Both the position numbers and the translations under genes were made by a program. A stretch of 64,000 nt of DNA, from positions 64,232,001 to 64,296,000 of the forward strand of contig OZ024741.1 of NCBI GenBank assembly GCA_964016885.1, in the 5' to 3' direction. Shown piece by piece: positions 10,364-22,715 of this stretch; the first letter of the stretch is position 1; each line of letters begins with the position of its first letter. Origin of the DNA: Eledone cirrhosa (Eukaryota). The notes below the pieces were generated by a model, which was given only the letters and a program-made list of their open reading frames with translations, searched no databases and was not told where the DNA came from.

Positions 10364-13300
10364 ATGACCTCACTCAGAATAGGCAGCATAAATGCGCGTG
10401 GCTTGGGGTCGTCATGGAAGCAGGGCCACCTGCTCAACGACCTCAGGTCACTAAACATAGATGTAGTGGCCATCAGCGAGACCAGAATCTCCGAAGCACA
10501 GGCTTTCGCACCGATCTTCGGCGGCTACGATGTGTACGCATCTCCCAGCCGTCCGGGATCGGGGGGAGGAGTTGCTGTGCTTTTTCGGAGAGGTTTGGAT
10601 CTTGCCATACGGGCCATCTTCCTGGACCCAGAAGGTAAGTTGGTGGTGCTGGACGTGACCAGCGGAGACGGGCAAGCTTTCAGGTTAGTGGCCGTCTATG
10701 CCCCGACAGGAGCAGGGCGGCCTGATTTCTTCCGGCGTCTGGAGACCTTTCTTGGAACGTCCCGCTCTTTAGTGTTAGTGGGCGACTGGAACGGGATCTT
10801 AGATGCACGCTGGGATTGTGTGGGATTAGTGGATAGGGAAGGAGGGTGCAAGAGTCTCACCAACCTGCTCAGACGTTTTGAACTGTCTGACAGGTACCGA
10901 ATGGATTTCCCGAATGTACCAATGTGGACTTGGACAAATCGCATAGGGTCATCCAGATCATATCTAGATAGAGTATTTTGTAGGGAAATAGATAGGTCTA
11001 GCATAGGCTGTCCACAATTCAAGATAGTCAGCTACATGGACCACAAATTCGTGATCTGTGTGCTTGACTTAGATAGGCTTCATAGACAAGGACCCGGCTA
11101 CTGGAAGCTAAACGCGTCCTTACCAGCGCGCAAGGCCTACAGAGACCGGATTAGCGAACTAGTTAAGCGGGCGTTGACGGGGGCCATCGTCAACAACAAG
11201 TGGTGGTTTGCTCTGAAAAGAGCAATTAGAATAGAGTCCATTAGGTTTAGTAAGACTTTAGCAATAGAGAAAAATAGAGCAGAGGGCGAATTAGTTAGAA
11301 AATTAGATGAGGCGCTTAGCAAAGGCATCGCGACCGACGTACTTGCGGCGAAATTGGCCCTTGACCAATTCTTCAATGCAAAGCACGAAGGCTGCGTTGT
11401 CAGAGCTAGGGTGCGTGCTCTCAGACACGAGGGGACGAAAGCCGTTCAATGGGCCCGAGTGGCGGAGGCGCGTCGTGGCAACAAAGCCACGATCCGGTCT
11501 TTGGTGGACCACGACGGGCGCATGCTACTCGATCCCGGGCAAATGTGTGAAGCTTTTCAGCGACACTTCGCTCAACTGTTCGGGGGCAGTGGCGGGCCGG
11601 ATCGAGAGATGGACTTTAGTGTCTACCTCGACGGACTGCCGCGGCTTTCGGCCACTGAGGCGGAGTGTTGCGAAAAGCCGATAACAACCGCTGAAGTACG
11701 GGATGCAATGACTAGTTGCACAAGGGGTAAATCGCCTGGTTTGGATGGTCTGCCCTATGAACTTTACGTACAAATGCCAAACTTGTTCGGAGGCCTCTTG
11801 GCGGACGTCTACTGCAACTGGCAACAGAACGGGAGAATTCCCAGCTCTGTGAGCCGAGGAGCGGTGGCGCTGCTGAGAAAGGATCCGAACAAGGGGGATA
11901 ACATAGATAATTTTAGGCCCATAACTCTGCTAAACACAGAGTTCAAGATTTTGGCCAAGGTGCTAGCAAAGAGGTTGGCGCTTGTCGTTGGTGGTCTGGT
12001 GGGAGAGGCACAGACATGCGCCATTCCCGACAGATCCATCCACGACAACCTCCACCTCATGCGATACATCGTAGAGAGGGTAGCTAAGGAACCTGGCACG
12101 GGTGGGTCTTTGATCAATTTAGATCAGTCGAAAGCCTTCGATAGGGTCGACCATCGTTACCTAGCGGCAGTCCTGAGGGCGGCTGGCTTTGGGCCCGTCT
12201 TCAGAGGCTGGATCGCTGCCATGCACAGCGACATCTGCTCTGTAGTGAGAGTGAACGGTCACCTTTCGGAACCGTTCAACATCATGCGCTCGGTCCGCCA
12301 AGGATGTCCCCTCTCGTCCCTATTGTACGTATTGACTCTCGAGCCATTACTGCACAAACTGGAGACGTTGAGGGGGATCCCGCGCGAACTAGGATGCGGA
12401 AGATCCGTGTCAGCATATGCCGACGGTGTCACCGTAGTGGTGTCGAACGCCAAACACATCGAGGCGATCGGCACTACACTAAGAGAATACGAAGCGGTGA
12501 CAGGAGCAATGATCAACCAGGAAAAGTCAGTGGGCCTGCAGCTCGGCACCTGGAGAGGCAGGTCCATGCCGTCCAACAGCGTCGTCGGGCGCTGGACGGA
12601 CGGACCGGTTAAATTGCTAGGGGTCTGGTTCGGTCCAGACCTCCAGACGGACAAAAACTGGGACGAGGTGACGAGCAGGGTGGCTTCTCTCACCCAGAAA
12701 TGGGCCGAGAGGAAGCTATCCCTAAAAGGTCGAGCGGAGGTGGCGAATGCGTACATCGCATCCGTCATCTACTACCGCCTGACCGTCGTACCTTGTCCTA
12801 AGCCCCGCCTGACTGCGCTGGAGCGTTTGCTCTTTCGCTTCTTGTGGAAGGGACGCGCTCCGATGGTCAGGCGGTCCATCTGCTGTCAACACCCGCTACG
12901 TGGAGGGCTGGGCATGCCGTGGCTGATGATGCGCAGACACGCGCTCAGGCTACGACATCTCCACCTCTTCCTCGACGGTGATCAGGTGTGGTCGCCGTTT
13001 GCAAGACACGTTTTTCCCCAGCTCGTCTCCTTGACGGAGCTGCAGTCCTGGGTCAAGCGAAGACCGAGAGGGAGCGCTTGGAGACTGGAATGTCTTCAGG
13101 CGCTCACAGCCCTCGACCAATCGGGCAATGTGATCGGTGGAAACTCCACCTTGGCGTTCTATAGGGGATTAGTGGAGGGGAAGAGCGACGACGTACTTGG
13201 AGAAACTCTAGGCGTCGACGAAAATCAACTAGCCAATCTCTTCGGAAGGACTTTCGGGCCGGGGCCTATGGACAACTTCCAGAAATCCCTGGCCTGGCAG

Positions 13301-13783
13301 TGCTACCGAGGAGCTTTGCCAGTTCGGGATAAACTCTACAGGCATGGAGGTGCCGTCAGCCGGGCATGTCCGAGATGCGCGCAGGGCGACGAAACCGTCC
13401 TGCACGCACTCGTCCAGTGTCCGAGCATTGCTGACTTGTGGGTTTATGTCGAACACCTGCTGTCACGTGTAGGACTGATCCAGCTATCAGCTGAGTCCAT
13501 CGTGAGGATTGCCCCGCCCCCTTCCTTTAGCCGGGAAGGGCAGGCAGTTTTTATCTGTCTGGTGGCCATGGCGAAAGAGATAGTATGGTGGACACGTTTG
13601 AAAGGGCTGAAGACGAGCACTTACCGCTTCGGTGATGCCCTGATTAACTTTTTCAAATTTCATTTGAAAAGGAAAATCAGGGTAGAGAGGGAAGTGCTCT
13701 CTTCCCAACATTTTGTTGAAAGATGGGTGAGAGAAGCAAGTATGGCCCGAATGAATGGGCCTTCTCTGAGTATGTGTCTGTAA
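10364..13783 (+). CDS. Tx1 family A ORF2 (APE endonuclease + RT + CCHC), open but RT catalytic motif mutated to YADG
   Basis: SINARGL, ISET, VYAP, GDWN, SYLDR, MDH (EN); KSPGLDG, FRPITLLN, DQSKAFDRV, VRQGCPLS, YADG (RT); CPRC...H...C at the C-terminus. Confidence 0.93.
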   Translation: MTSLRIGSINARGLGSSWKQGHLLNDLRSLNIDVVAISETRISEAQAFAPIFGGYDVYASPSRPGSGGGVAVLFRRGLDLAIRAIFLDPEGKLVVLDVTSGDGQAFRLVAVYAPTGAGRPDFFRRLETFLGTSRSLVLVGDWNGILDARWDCVGLVDREGGCKSLTNLLRRFELSDRYRMDFPNVPMWTWTNRIGSSRSYLDRVFCREIDRSSIGCPQFKIVSYMDHKFVICVLDLDRLHRQGPGYWKLNASLPARKAYRDRISELVKRALTGAIVNNKWWFALKRAIRIESIRFSKTLAIEKNRAEGELVRKLDEALSKGIATDVLAAKLALDQFFNAKHEGCVVRARVRALRHEGTKAVQWARVAEARRGNKATIRSLVDHDGRMLLDPGQMCEAFQRHFAQLFGGSGGPDREMDFSVYLDGLPRLSATEAECCEKPITTAEVRDAMTSCTRGKSPGLDGLPYELYVQMPNLFGGLLADVYCNWQQNGRIPSSVSRGAVALLRKDPNKGDNIDNFRPITLLNTEFKILAKVLAKRLALVVGGLVGEAQTCAIPDRSIHDNLHLMRYIVERVAKEPGTGGSLINLDQSKAFDRVDHRYLAAVLRAAGFGPVFRGWIAAMHSDICSVVRVNGHLSEPFNIMRSVRQGCPLSSLLYVLTLEPLLHKLETLRGIPRELGCGRSVSAYADGVTVVVSNAKHIEAIGTTLREYEAVTGAMINQEKSVGLQLGTWRGRSMPSNSVVGRWTDGPVKLLGVWFGPDLQTDKNWDEVTSRVASLTQKWAERKLSLKGRAEVANAYIASVIYYRLTVVPCPKPRLTALERLLFRFLWKGRAPMVRRSICCQHPLRGGLGMPWLMMRRHALRLRHLHLFLDGDQVWSPFARHVFPQLVSLTELQSWVKRRPRGSAWRLECLQALTALDQSGNVIGGNSTLAFYRGLVEGKSDDVLGETLGVDENQLANLFGRTFGPGPMDNFQKSLAWQCYRGALPVRDKLYRHGGAVSRACPRCAQGDETVLHALVQCPSIADLWVYVEHLLSRVGLIQLSAESIVRIAPPPSFSREGQAVFICLVAMAKEIVWWTRLKGLKTSTYRFGDALINFFKFHLKRKIRVEREVLSSQHFVERWVREASMARMNGPSLSMCL

Positions 13784-14024
13784 ATTAAAGGTGGAAAACT
13801 GGGAGAGGGCACTTGCCCTGTTGGTCAGGGCCACTGTGGTCTTTTAATGGGCTTTCTCCACAAATGTCCCTCGGAAGTCTCCCCCCTATTGGGGAATTTT
13901 TCTTTGTTATTTTATTTCAACCTCCGTTTTTTACACGCAGAAATGCCCATTTGTACCGTCCTGTATTGTCCTGTACTGTCCTTAATGTCTACTTTATGTA
14001 AACCCTTGTGGTTAATAAAGAAAA

Positions 14025-14082
<58 letters not shown>

Positions 14083-15239
14083 AAGCAGTAGGAATGATAA
14101 TCGGGTCATTAGATATAATTTCAAAAAATATCAACAAAGCCATTAAAACCACACTAGAGCTTCCATCTTACTATTGTCCACATCCTGGGCAAAACAAAAT
14201 CCAAAATTCAGAATGGAAAAGCAAAACAAAGGAAAAGAAAAAAGAAAACATCTTATTGTTAAAAATAATTAAGGAAAGCATAAATATATTTTAGCAAAAG
14301 CAACAAATTTAAACCTTTTTTTCCTTTCTATATTTCATGTACATTATTTCCTTGTTTTCCTAAAAGTTTGCTTTTATTTATCATTCAAATTTTTCATTTC
14401 ATTAACTGTTGGCTTTTTTTTTTCTACTTATATATGTAAATTTGAGTGATTTCCGTCTGTTCTTTCGTCACACAATGTGTGTTTGTGAATGTTTATTGTG
14501 TGAGTGTATGTCTGTGAGTGTGTATTTTTGTAAGCGTGCCTGTGTTTGCGCTTTTATATTTATATACTCATACATATAAATGTATGCATATGAATATACA
14601 CAACGCACACAGTTATACACACACGCGCCAGCATGTTGAAAAAATCACAGTATTTTAAATTTAGAGTAAAATAGAATCATGTCTTAAAAATTGATAAACA
14701 TATTTTTTAACTGCGAATAAGATTCAGTTTATTCATTTTCTCAAAACGCAATAATTTTAGAAAATATTAGATTTTAGTGTTCAAGATAATCATTTCAATT
14801 TATCTATTTATTTATTATTTTTTCATCGTGCCGTGTAGAGTAAAATAATGTTTCCTTTCATCTTGACACAATGTATTTACAATTTTTGTATATTACTTAT
14901 TTCTGTATATTAGATGGATTCCTTTATATTACTTATATTGTCGAAGAGAATACATTATTTAACAAAGTCGAGTTTGGAGCAGTTGAGAAAACTGTGAGGT
15001 ACCTTGAACTACGAGATAATGAGAAAACATGTAGACATTCACATGAGTTGCTAAAATTAGCGACCAAATCTCTCTCAAATCATACCATACCGTCTTAGAA
15101 AAAAGAAACATATATTTGGTAACGTAGATCTAACTACACTCATTCGCTTAACGGGTGGGGTAGAGCTCGTCAAATGGGACAGGGGAAACAATGTTTTCAT
15201 TGCTATTACTATCTGTCGGTTGCAATGGCCGAAGGAGCA

Positions 15240-15412
15240 AGTGTCTTGCTCAACCACCTCAGTTCTAGATTGGTAGTTTATTTGTTGACCAATAAGGATG
15301 AAAGGCAAAGTTGACCTCGTTGGGATTTAACCTCAGAGTGCATAGAGAGGCGAGTCGAAAACTGCAAGCATTCTATGCGGCGTTCTAACGACTCTGCCAA
15401 TACTCCGCCCAA
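15240..15412 (-). mobile_element. Diverged S1-like SINE
   Basis: AAGGATGAAAGGCAAAGTTGACCTCG...CTGCCAA matches the reverse complement of the S1 head and core. Confidence 0.6.
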
Positions 15413-16418
15413 CTGCAACATATCCAAATGCAATACTTGTGGTCGGAAATTATTTTCCCATAATAATCAAAAATGCAATTAGCTTGGTGAGTTTGATAGT
15501 TAATAAAATTTAGATTCATTATCAGCGAACTGTAAACCAACAAGATGCATGACAAGACAAATAAAATTACCACACCAACAAAATCACACTGACGAGAGTG
15601 GCAATGGTGGCGGTGGTAATTATTATTATTTAGTTAAAGGAGGATTATGGGCTGGCAGAATCGTTAACGCATCGGAGAAAATGGGTTGAGGTATCTGTTT
15701 CGGCTCTTTACGTTCAGGTTTCAAATACCACCGAGGTGGTGGTGGTGGCGGCGGCGGCGGGAGCAGCAACAGTAGTAGTAGTAGTTACCAAGGACAAATG
15801 TGTATTTACATGCTCGTGTATTTTTGAAAATTCTTCAGTTTCCGTTTCAAATTTGATAGTTTTGTAAGTCATGTTTGCACTGATCAGTTATTTACAAATT
15901 TGTCGGGGTTTCTCGCCGTTCGCATGAATGGGGAAAGACTTTACATTACGCAACAATTTCAGAAAATAAATATTCAAAAAGAAAAGAGTTCATTGGATAA
16001 AGGAACTACGACTTTTTTTTTTTTTTTTGTGATGTAGAAAGTGTGCTTTGTTTTAACTTTCTTTCGGAATGATTTTCTAAAGATTAATTTTAGTGTTAAA
16101 TTTCCTTTTGAACTGTTATTTTCACACTACTACTTACTTTTAATTAATTATTGCTTCAGCTGTCTCATAAGACTTTCAAATATTCATGCTTGCTTCTTGC
16201 GAACTTAAATTGGATTCCTTAAAGCATAAAATATGTCACATAACTAAGACACCCTTGTTAACCAATGAAATTTATGAAATCTATTTTTGAAGCTAAATAC
16301 ATGGTTTGCTGATGGGAGATGTTTATTTATAAACAATAAAATTTTGTTTTTTTTAATTCAAAACGTCGTTTTGAAAGGATATACAATGTTCACGCGATAT
16401 TTGTGGTTGTTATATTCA

Positions 16419-16723
16419 CAGTTCCGGTTATTCGCGGGATTTTCCTTAGAACCTAACTAGTAATTGTTCGTGGAACCACAGCATATTCGCGGAGTTAAAA
16501 TATCTTACGCGATTTGTTAAGGCTTTTTTCGTAACAATATATATTTTTTCACGGTTTTTAACGCTAAATTATTAATAACAATATACCGTATTTGCCGGCC
16601 TATATTTTACGTTATGTTTTGACGTTTATAGGCATTTTTATGAATCACGTCCAATATTAACGGTTTTTCACTCTTCGCAGGTGCTCTAGGAACGTAACCC
16701 CCGCGAATACCGGGGCCAAACTG
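16419..16723. mobile_element. Pogo/Tigger-like MITE
   Basis: Left CAGTTCCGGTTATTCGCGGG and right CCCGCGAATACCGGGGCCAAACTG followed by TA form imperfect TIRs of the CAGT...TATTCGCGG type. Confidence 0.55.
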
Positions 16724-17014
16724 TATATATTAAGAAGTGTGCTAGTAATCTGAAGCGTACGATAAATTTGTATCCGTATACATATAGAGTGGTAACCGAG
16801 ACTGCACCATATTTAATATGTAGGCATGTAAACATACCAGAAAATACGAATTTCCATGTAAATTAAAAAACTGATAAACAACTTTAATCGATTTTCGAAC
16901 TTAGTTGGTCTTGCATCAGGAGGCGTGTATAACATCCAAACAACTACAATCACATATTTGATGGGTTTATATATATGCAAGTAAAATCGAACCCAGAATC
17001 TTACGAGTGAAAAG

Positions 17015-17182
17015 CAAGGGTCTGACGCAATGCGTTGCAGCAAAGAGTTACGGCCCTTTATGATCTGAGTTCAAATCCCACCGAGGTTTACTTTGCCTTT
17101 CATCCTTACAGAGTCGATAAAATAAAGCACCAGTAATGCACTGGGATAATTGCTGGCCTTGTGCCAAATGTAAAAACAATTA
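17015..17182 (+). mobile_element. S1 SINE (5'-eroded)
   Basis: B box GAGTTCAAATCC, core GCCTTTCATCCTTAC, tail GCTGGCCTTGTGCCAAA. Confidence 0.8.
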
Positions 17183-17829
17183 ATAAAAGAAGAATAGCAA
17201 TAATTACGTTAATACGTCTCTTTTCCATTTCTCTATATCAATAATGTGTTTTAAACATTCACCTGAAGTATATTTCCTTATATATTAACACATCTCAACT
17301 CCAGAAAGATCTCTACAGATTTTGGTACTTCCATTACTTAAGAGACAGGAAACTTTAATAAATTCCATATGAAGCAGATTGGATGAAACAGAATATATGA
17401 ATATATGGATGTGTATACATGTGTGTGTGTGGGGGGGGGGGGGTGAGTATGTGTGAACATTACATAATCTGATCTATATGATAAATATTGAGCTATTGTT
17501 GAAGATTTGTATGTATACTAGCTGAATACCTGGAGTTACTCATGTTGAAATGTTGCGATGAATGTACAACAATGTGTATTCGGTTTAATAAAACACGAGA
17601 GTGCCCGTTTTCAGCTACGTGGACAACGCGCCACATGGCTCAGGAATCGAACCTACAATATTGCGATCGTAAGTGCAACACCCAAACCACTATGCGACGT
17701 TGCTTCTCTATGTGTGTGTGTTTGTGTGCATGTCTGTGTGTGAGAGAGAGGGGGTAGAGAAAGAGTGTGTGTGTGTATGTGTGTAAACATGTGTGTGTGT
17801 GAAAGATAGAGATAGGGAGAGAGAGAGAG

Positions 17830-17934
<105 letters not shown>

Positions 17935-19107
17935 ATGCAGCATGGCTGAATGGTTAAGTAGTTCGTTTCGCATTCATTAGGTTTCCGTTTAGATCCCACT
18001 GCGTGGCATCATGGGAAAATATATATATATATATATATATTAAAATAACAGATTAAAGTTCGAGCAAAGAATCGCTGCTTTCACCCTTAACGGGTTCTTA
18101 TATATTTTATAGATATTTATCCATATCGAGCTGTCTTCGGATTTTAGTCTTCACATTTATTATTATTACTATATATACATACATATATATATGTGTGTGT
18201 GTGTGTATGTGTATACATATATATATACATATCTCTGTGTGCGTGCTTGCGTGTGTATGTATATACGTGCGTCTCTATATAGTTCAACAACTGATGCTGT
18301 ATTCCGTCGTCTTGTTCCCTCAAAGTGAGGAAGGATATAGATAGATAGATTAGAGAAAGAGATAGAAAGACAAACAACAGAGAGGTGTGTGAGGGAGTGA
18401 GTGAGATATATTTGGGAAATAAAGCGGTTTTGTGAGAGAAAAATCTCGACTACAGAACGCTTTTTTGGCACACTAATAAAAAGAGTACTGTAACGTTAGT
18501 AAGAACCGAGTAGGGTAATCACAAATTTGATTCTTTTTCGTTCTTCTTTAGTTCCTTTTGTTCCGTTATAGAGCATTGGACGACAAACGATCACAAAATT
18601 ATGGTAGAAATACATACATCTACAGAGCAATGGCATTTTTATTGCTCTTATGAGTTATCCTTTTAATGAAAGATATCTCGCATTTTCTTCTTGCTTCAAT
18701 AAAATGCTGAAAAGAAATAACAAATTGGAAAAACAGCTGCATTATAAGTATTTTCATGAAATATGAGAGGATAAATATCATAGCAACCTTTAGATGATTC
18801 TTGTATTATATACATTTTAATGAAGACATAGTAATTGTAAATTTAATGACTCCAGTTATACATACAAATACCATATATCCAAGACAGTAGTAATAAAAGG
18901 AAGCCGTGGACAGTAAGGCAGTAATAGATTATAAAGAGATTAGACTAAAAATTCTTGCATAATTCTTGTTACATTTTAGTGATATTTCTAATTGTTGTCT
19001 TGTCTTTCTATATTCTATTACTGTCCTTCTGCTCCCGTCTTCTATTTATCACTATTACTTTGAATATGTCGTATTTATATGCAATAATTGGAGTCATTAT
19101 GTGTTTT

Positions 19108-19288
19108 TGGCAGTATCGGTAGAGGATCGGACGCCATGCTTTGACGCATAGAGTTACGGCCCTTGCCATTCTGAGTTCAAATCCCGCCGAGGTTAACTTT
19201 GCCTTTCATCCTTACGGGGTCGATAAAATAAAGTACCAGTAATACACTGGGATAATTGCTGGCCTTGTGCCAAAAGTAGAAACAATTA
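19108..19288 (+). mobile_element. S1 SINE
   Basis: TGGCAGTATCGG A box, GAGTTCAAATCCCGCCGAGG B box, core and tail intact. Confidence 0.85.
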
Positions 19289-21163
19289 TGTGTTTAAGTG
19301 TGTTTAAGGGTGTACATACACAAACACAGATACACAGACACACAGGGGAGCGTAAATGTGTATATAAGTATAGACTTTGAGTATATAGATATTAGAACAT
19401 ATCATGCTTGTGTAAATTGAAAAATGATGAATATTCTTAATCGATTTTCGACATTTGTTGCTGTCTCATCTAAGACTCAAAGACTATGCACATATACACA
19501 TTTATTGTGTCTCTGTTAAACTCTGTAATGTTAGAAGGGAGACCGGATGGTAAGTAGAAAGGAAGGAATTCCGTTCTTCGGATATACATGTGCTTCTCAA
19601 TAGCGTAGTGCTTCTGATGATACCTCGGACTCGATAACGAGCCGCATCCTCAACTAACCTACATACTCCTGTTTGAGGAAAAGTGGTGAACATTTTAAAG
19701 GATATATATAACGATTAGATAAAAATAATTACAAGGGGGAAATATGTACTTGGGTCGATACGATCAGTTGTGGTGCCCAGTATGGTTGCCTCACAAACCA
19801 ATAATTGGAACCAGTAAAATAAAAATAAAAACACTCGCCAAAGCAAGAATTTTGAAAAAAACAGCGGCAGCGGGATCCCAGGGAACAAATGAGCAACCGA
19901 TTGTGCTATAAGTTCAAATCCCGCTACCTGCCGTCAGGAATTATGGTCGACAGATAATAAGTATCAGCAATGGATACTTTTTTTTCATGAAATACAAAAT
20001 CCCCATATTTTACGAAAGGGAAATATAAATTTTTTACGTGTCTGCATGAACGCCATAAATGGTGTAAGAGAATAGAGAAATTTAGTTTGCTCCAGGCAGG
20101 AATGTTGAATGTTGCATTAGGAACATGGCTTTTCTGCGAGAAGATCTCCTATTTGTATAAAACATAATAAACTTATTAAATTTATCTTAAGTTTAATATA
20201 CTGGTTTCATTTGGCTAGGCACTGTGACCTATAACTTAAAGTTTGAAAGTCATATTTTCGTATAATGTTGGCGTCATAAGTTAGGTTGTATTGCTTTCAA
20301 CTAAGAATTGAAACTACATTACATAATTGCTACATTTCTATAAGATTTTATTAATTCTGTTGCTGAATAATTATTGCATACGCTATTTTCCCTTTGTTTT
20401 CTTTCTGAACGAAAGTAAATATCAAAACATTTCTTATCCAGTGTGTAAACAAATATGAATATTAATTAAACAGAGGTTGTTTTCCCTCCTTTAAAGAATT
20501 CGTTCTTTAACTAACTGAAATAATTAAATTAATTTCGTTGACTAATTCCACCTCTTACACATCAAAAATATTTATAATTATCTGGAAATATTTTGCTTCG
20601 TTGATTTCTTAATACGAATAATTATCTAATTATTTTCACGTATGCGACAAACTACCAACAACGTGAATGACCTAAGCCTTGATGTACTGGTATTTTCTCC
20701 TACACGTTTTATGGTATGTAACTTTCGCCTGTATAGCATAGATTCTATAATTGATTTCAACAATAGATTTTCTTCATTGATTTCCCTGTTAAACTGTATA
20801 CTTACACGGATATTTGCAACAACTACGCTGCATTCGTCAAGATAAAGTGGTTTTCCTATCCCCTGCAGTTTGTTGCTTAGCGTCTTGAAAGCTGAAATAT
20901 ATTTGAACTGAATATATTTCAAACAACTGTCATCAGCTAGTCATTTTCTCTTTTTTCATAAATAGGATAACTCTTATTATTCTGCTAAGCTTAAATGTAG
21001 GTAGATGAAGCTCTAGCGACCAATTACAGGAATTTATTACCTGAAATCTGACAGGCATTGAAAAATTCAAGGTTGTCTTTGTTACCACGACAGAGCTATT
21101 TAAAATAATTTCTTTTGGCTAATCCCAAGAATGAAGTATGGTCAGTTGAAATGATAGAATATA

Positions 21164-21293
21164 CAGGGTGTTGCATAATAATGGGATACACAAACTTTCA
21201 ATGTAAATATCTTCGATTATAATTATGACATTGAGTACAAAATATATTTATTACATAACGTTAAAATGTGTCCCATCATTATGGGACACCCTG
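21164..21293. mobile_element. Tc1/mariner-type MITE
   Basis: TIRs CAGGGTGTTGCATAATAATGGGATACACA / TGTGTCCCATCATTATGGGACACCCTG, preceded by TA. Confidence 0.7.
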
Positions 21294-21535
21294 TCTTTTG
21301 TTGATCATGAAACGAGGAAAAATAAAGCCAACCCACAACTGGATTTCAGCACAATACATAACCTAATTATGTTTACTCATACATTTCTGTCCCTTAAATC
21401 TCGTGTTCTTCACTATATCATTCTGACGTGGAATAATTACTATATTTATTGCCACGAAGCGTTTTTCTTTATGGGTTTGGAGTTTCCTGTCCATGCTTCC
21501 AGTTTTTGATCAATGTTGGTAATTAAATGTAAATT

Positions 21536-21945
21536 ATATGATCATGAATCACGAATAATGACCGAAAGAATACAATCGCGAATGCAAACGGCCGAAATGG
21601 GATTCCTCCGAAGGGTCTTTGGAGTAACGTTACTCGTTAAAGTGCATAAAGAGCCACTCCAGGTAGAGCCGCCACTTCTCCGAATTGAGAGATCACAGCT
21701 CCGATAATATGAGCATGTGGTAGAAATGTCTCAGGAAAGAATCACTGGGCATATTTTATGGGCAAAACCAACTGGCTGGAGACCCAGGAGATAACCCCGA
21801 GTAAGATGGTTGGATAACCCCGAGCAAGATGGTTGGATAACGCTTGGGGATCCAGCCGGATTAGTTGGAGACAGTTGCTTCTGAAGGAGTGCTTGAGGAC
21901 TCTTCCGCCACGACCCCCTCAGGAATAAGTGGGCGAAGAAGAAGT
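21536..21945 (+). mobile_element. RTE (Expander-like) LINE 3' fragment
   Basis: YDHESRIMTERIQSRMQTAEMGFLRRVFG...LRIERSQLR, then a RPRxxPRVRWLD-like stretch and a CCACGACCCC...GAAGAAGAAG tail. Confidence 0.75.
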
Positions 21946-22144
21946 AAATTTCCCCCTTACTAATTAGTAGCCCCTTGAATAGATATATCGATGAAAACAT
22001 AATCAACATAAATTAGTACTCGTATGATTTAGAATTAAATCGATTCATAGAATACATAAATTTAAGTCACTTTTACCTTATTTACCTGAATGTTAATAAA
22101 TGTAATAAGTGAAACCACTCTTAGTTGTCATTGTATCCCATTAA

Positions 22145-22706
22145 TCGTTTCTGATATAGGCACGAGGCCAGCAAATTTGGTGAAGGGGAAAGTCGATTAA
22201 ATCTACCCGAGTGTATTACTGGTACATTATTTTATCGACCTCGTAAGGATGAAAGACAAAGCTAACCTCGGCGGGATCTGAACTGAGAATGTAAAGGGCT
22301 GTAACTCTATGTCGCAAAGCATGGTGCCTGGCACTTTACCGATACTGCGAACCCACCGCCCTCATTGTATCCCATTAATAGCACTAATAATAACCCACCG
22401 AGGTTAACTTTGCCTTTCATCCTTACAAGGTCGATAAAATAAAGAACCAGTAATGTACTGGGTAATTGCTGGCCTTGTGCCAAAAGTAGAAACAATTAAT
22501 AACACTAAGAAGCACTTATAATTGTTTCTACTTTAGGCACAAGGCCAGCAATTATCCAGTGCATTACTGGTACTTTATTTTATCGACCCCGTAAGGATGA
22601 AAGGCAAAGTCAACCTCGGCGGGATTTGAACTCAGATCGTAAAGGGACGTAACTATGCTGGAAAGCATGGCGTCCGACTCTCTACCGATACTGCCAATCC
22701 ACCGCC
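22145..22706. mobile_element. Cluster of three S1 SINE copies (-, + partial, -)
   Basis: Core motif occurs at ~22235(-), ~22410(+) and ~22590(-). Confidence 0.85.
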
Positions 22707-22715
22707 CAGGTAATA

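Larger units (their letters stand above)
8096..14025 (+). mobile_element. Full-length L1/Tx1-clade LINE, family A, copy 1, inserted in (ATT)n
   Basis: 5' end GGCGACCTACG, two-ORF layout, 3' end TGTGGTTAATAAAGAAAAC, (ATT)n on both sides. Near-identical to 26332..32227. Confidence 0.95.

Noticed and set aside
19502-20892. Possible minus-strand exons (FKTLSNKLQGIGKPLYLDECSVVVANIR; GVCRLVEDAARYRVRG...)
   Set aside because: The best splice sites are not phase-compatible and no homology was recognised.
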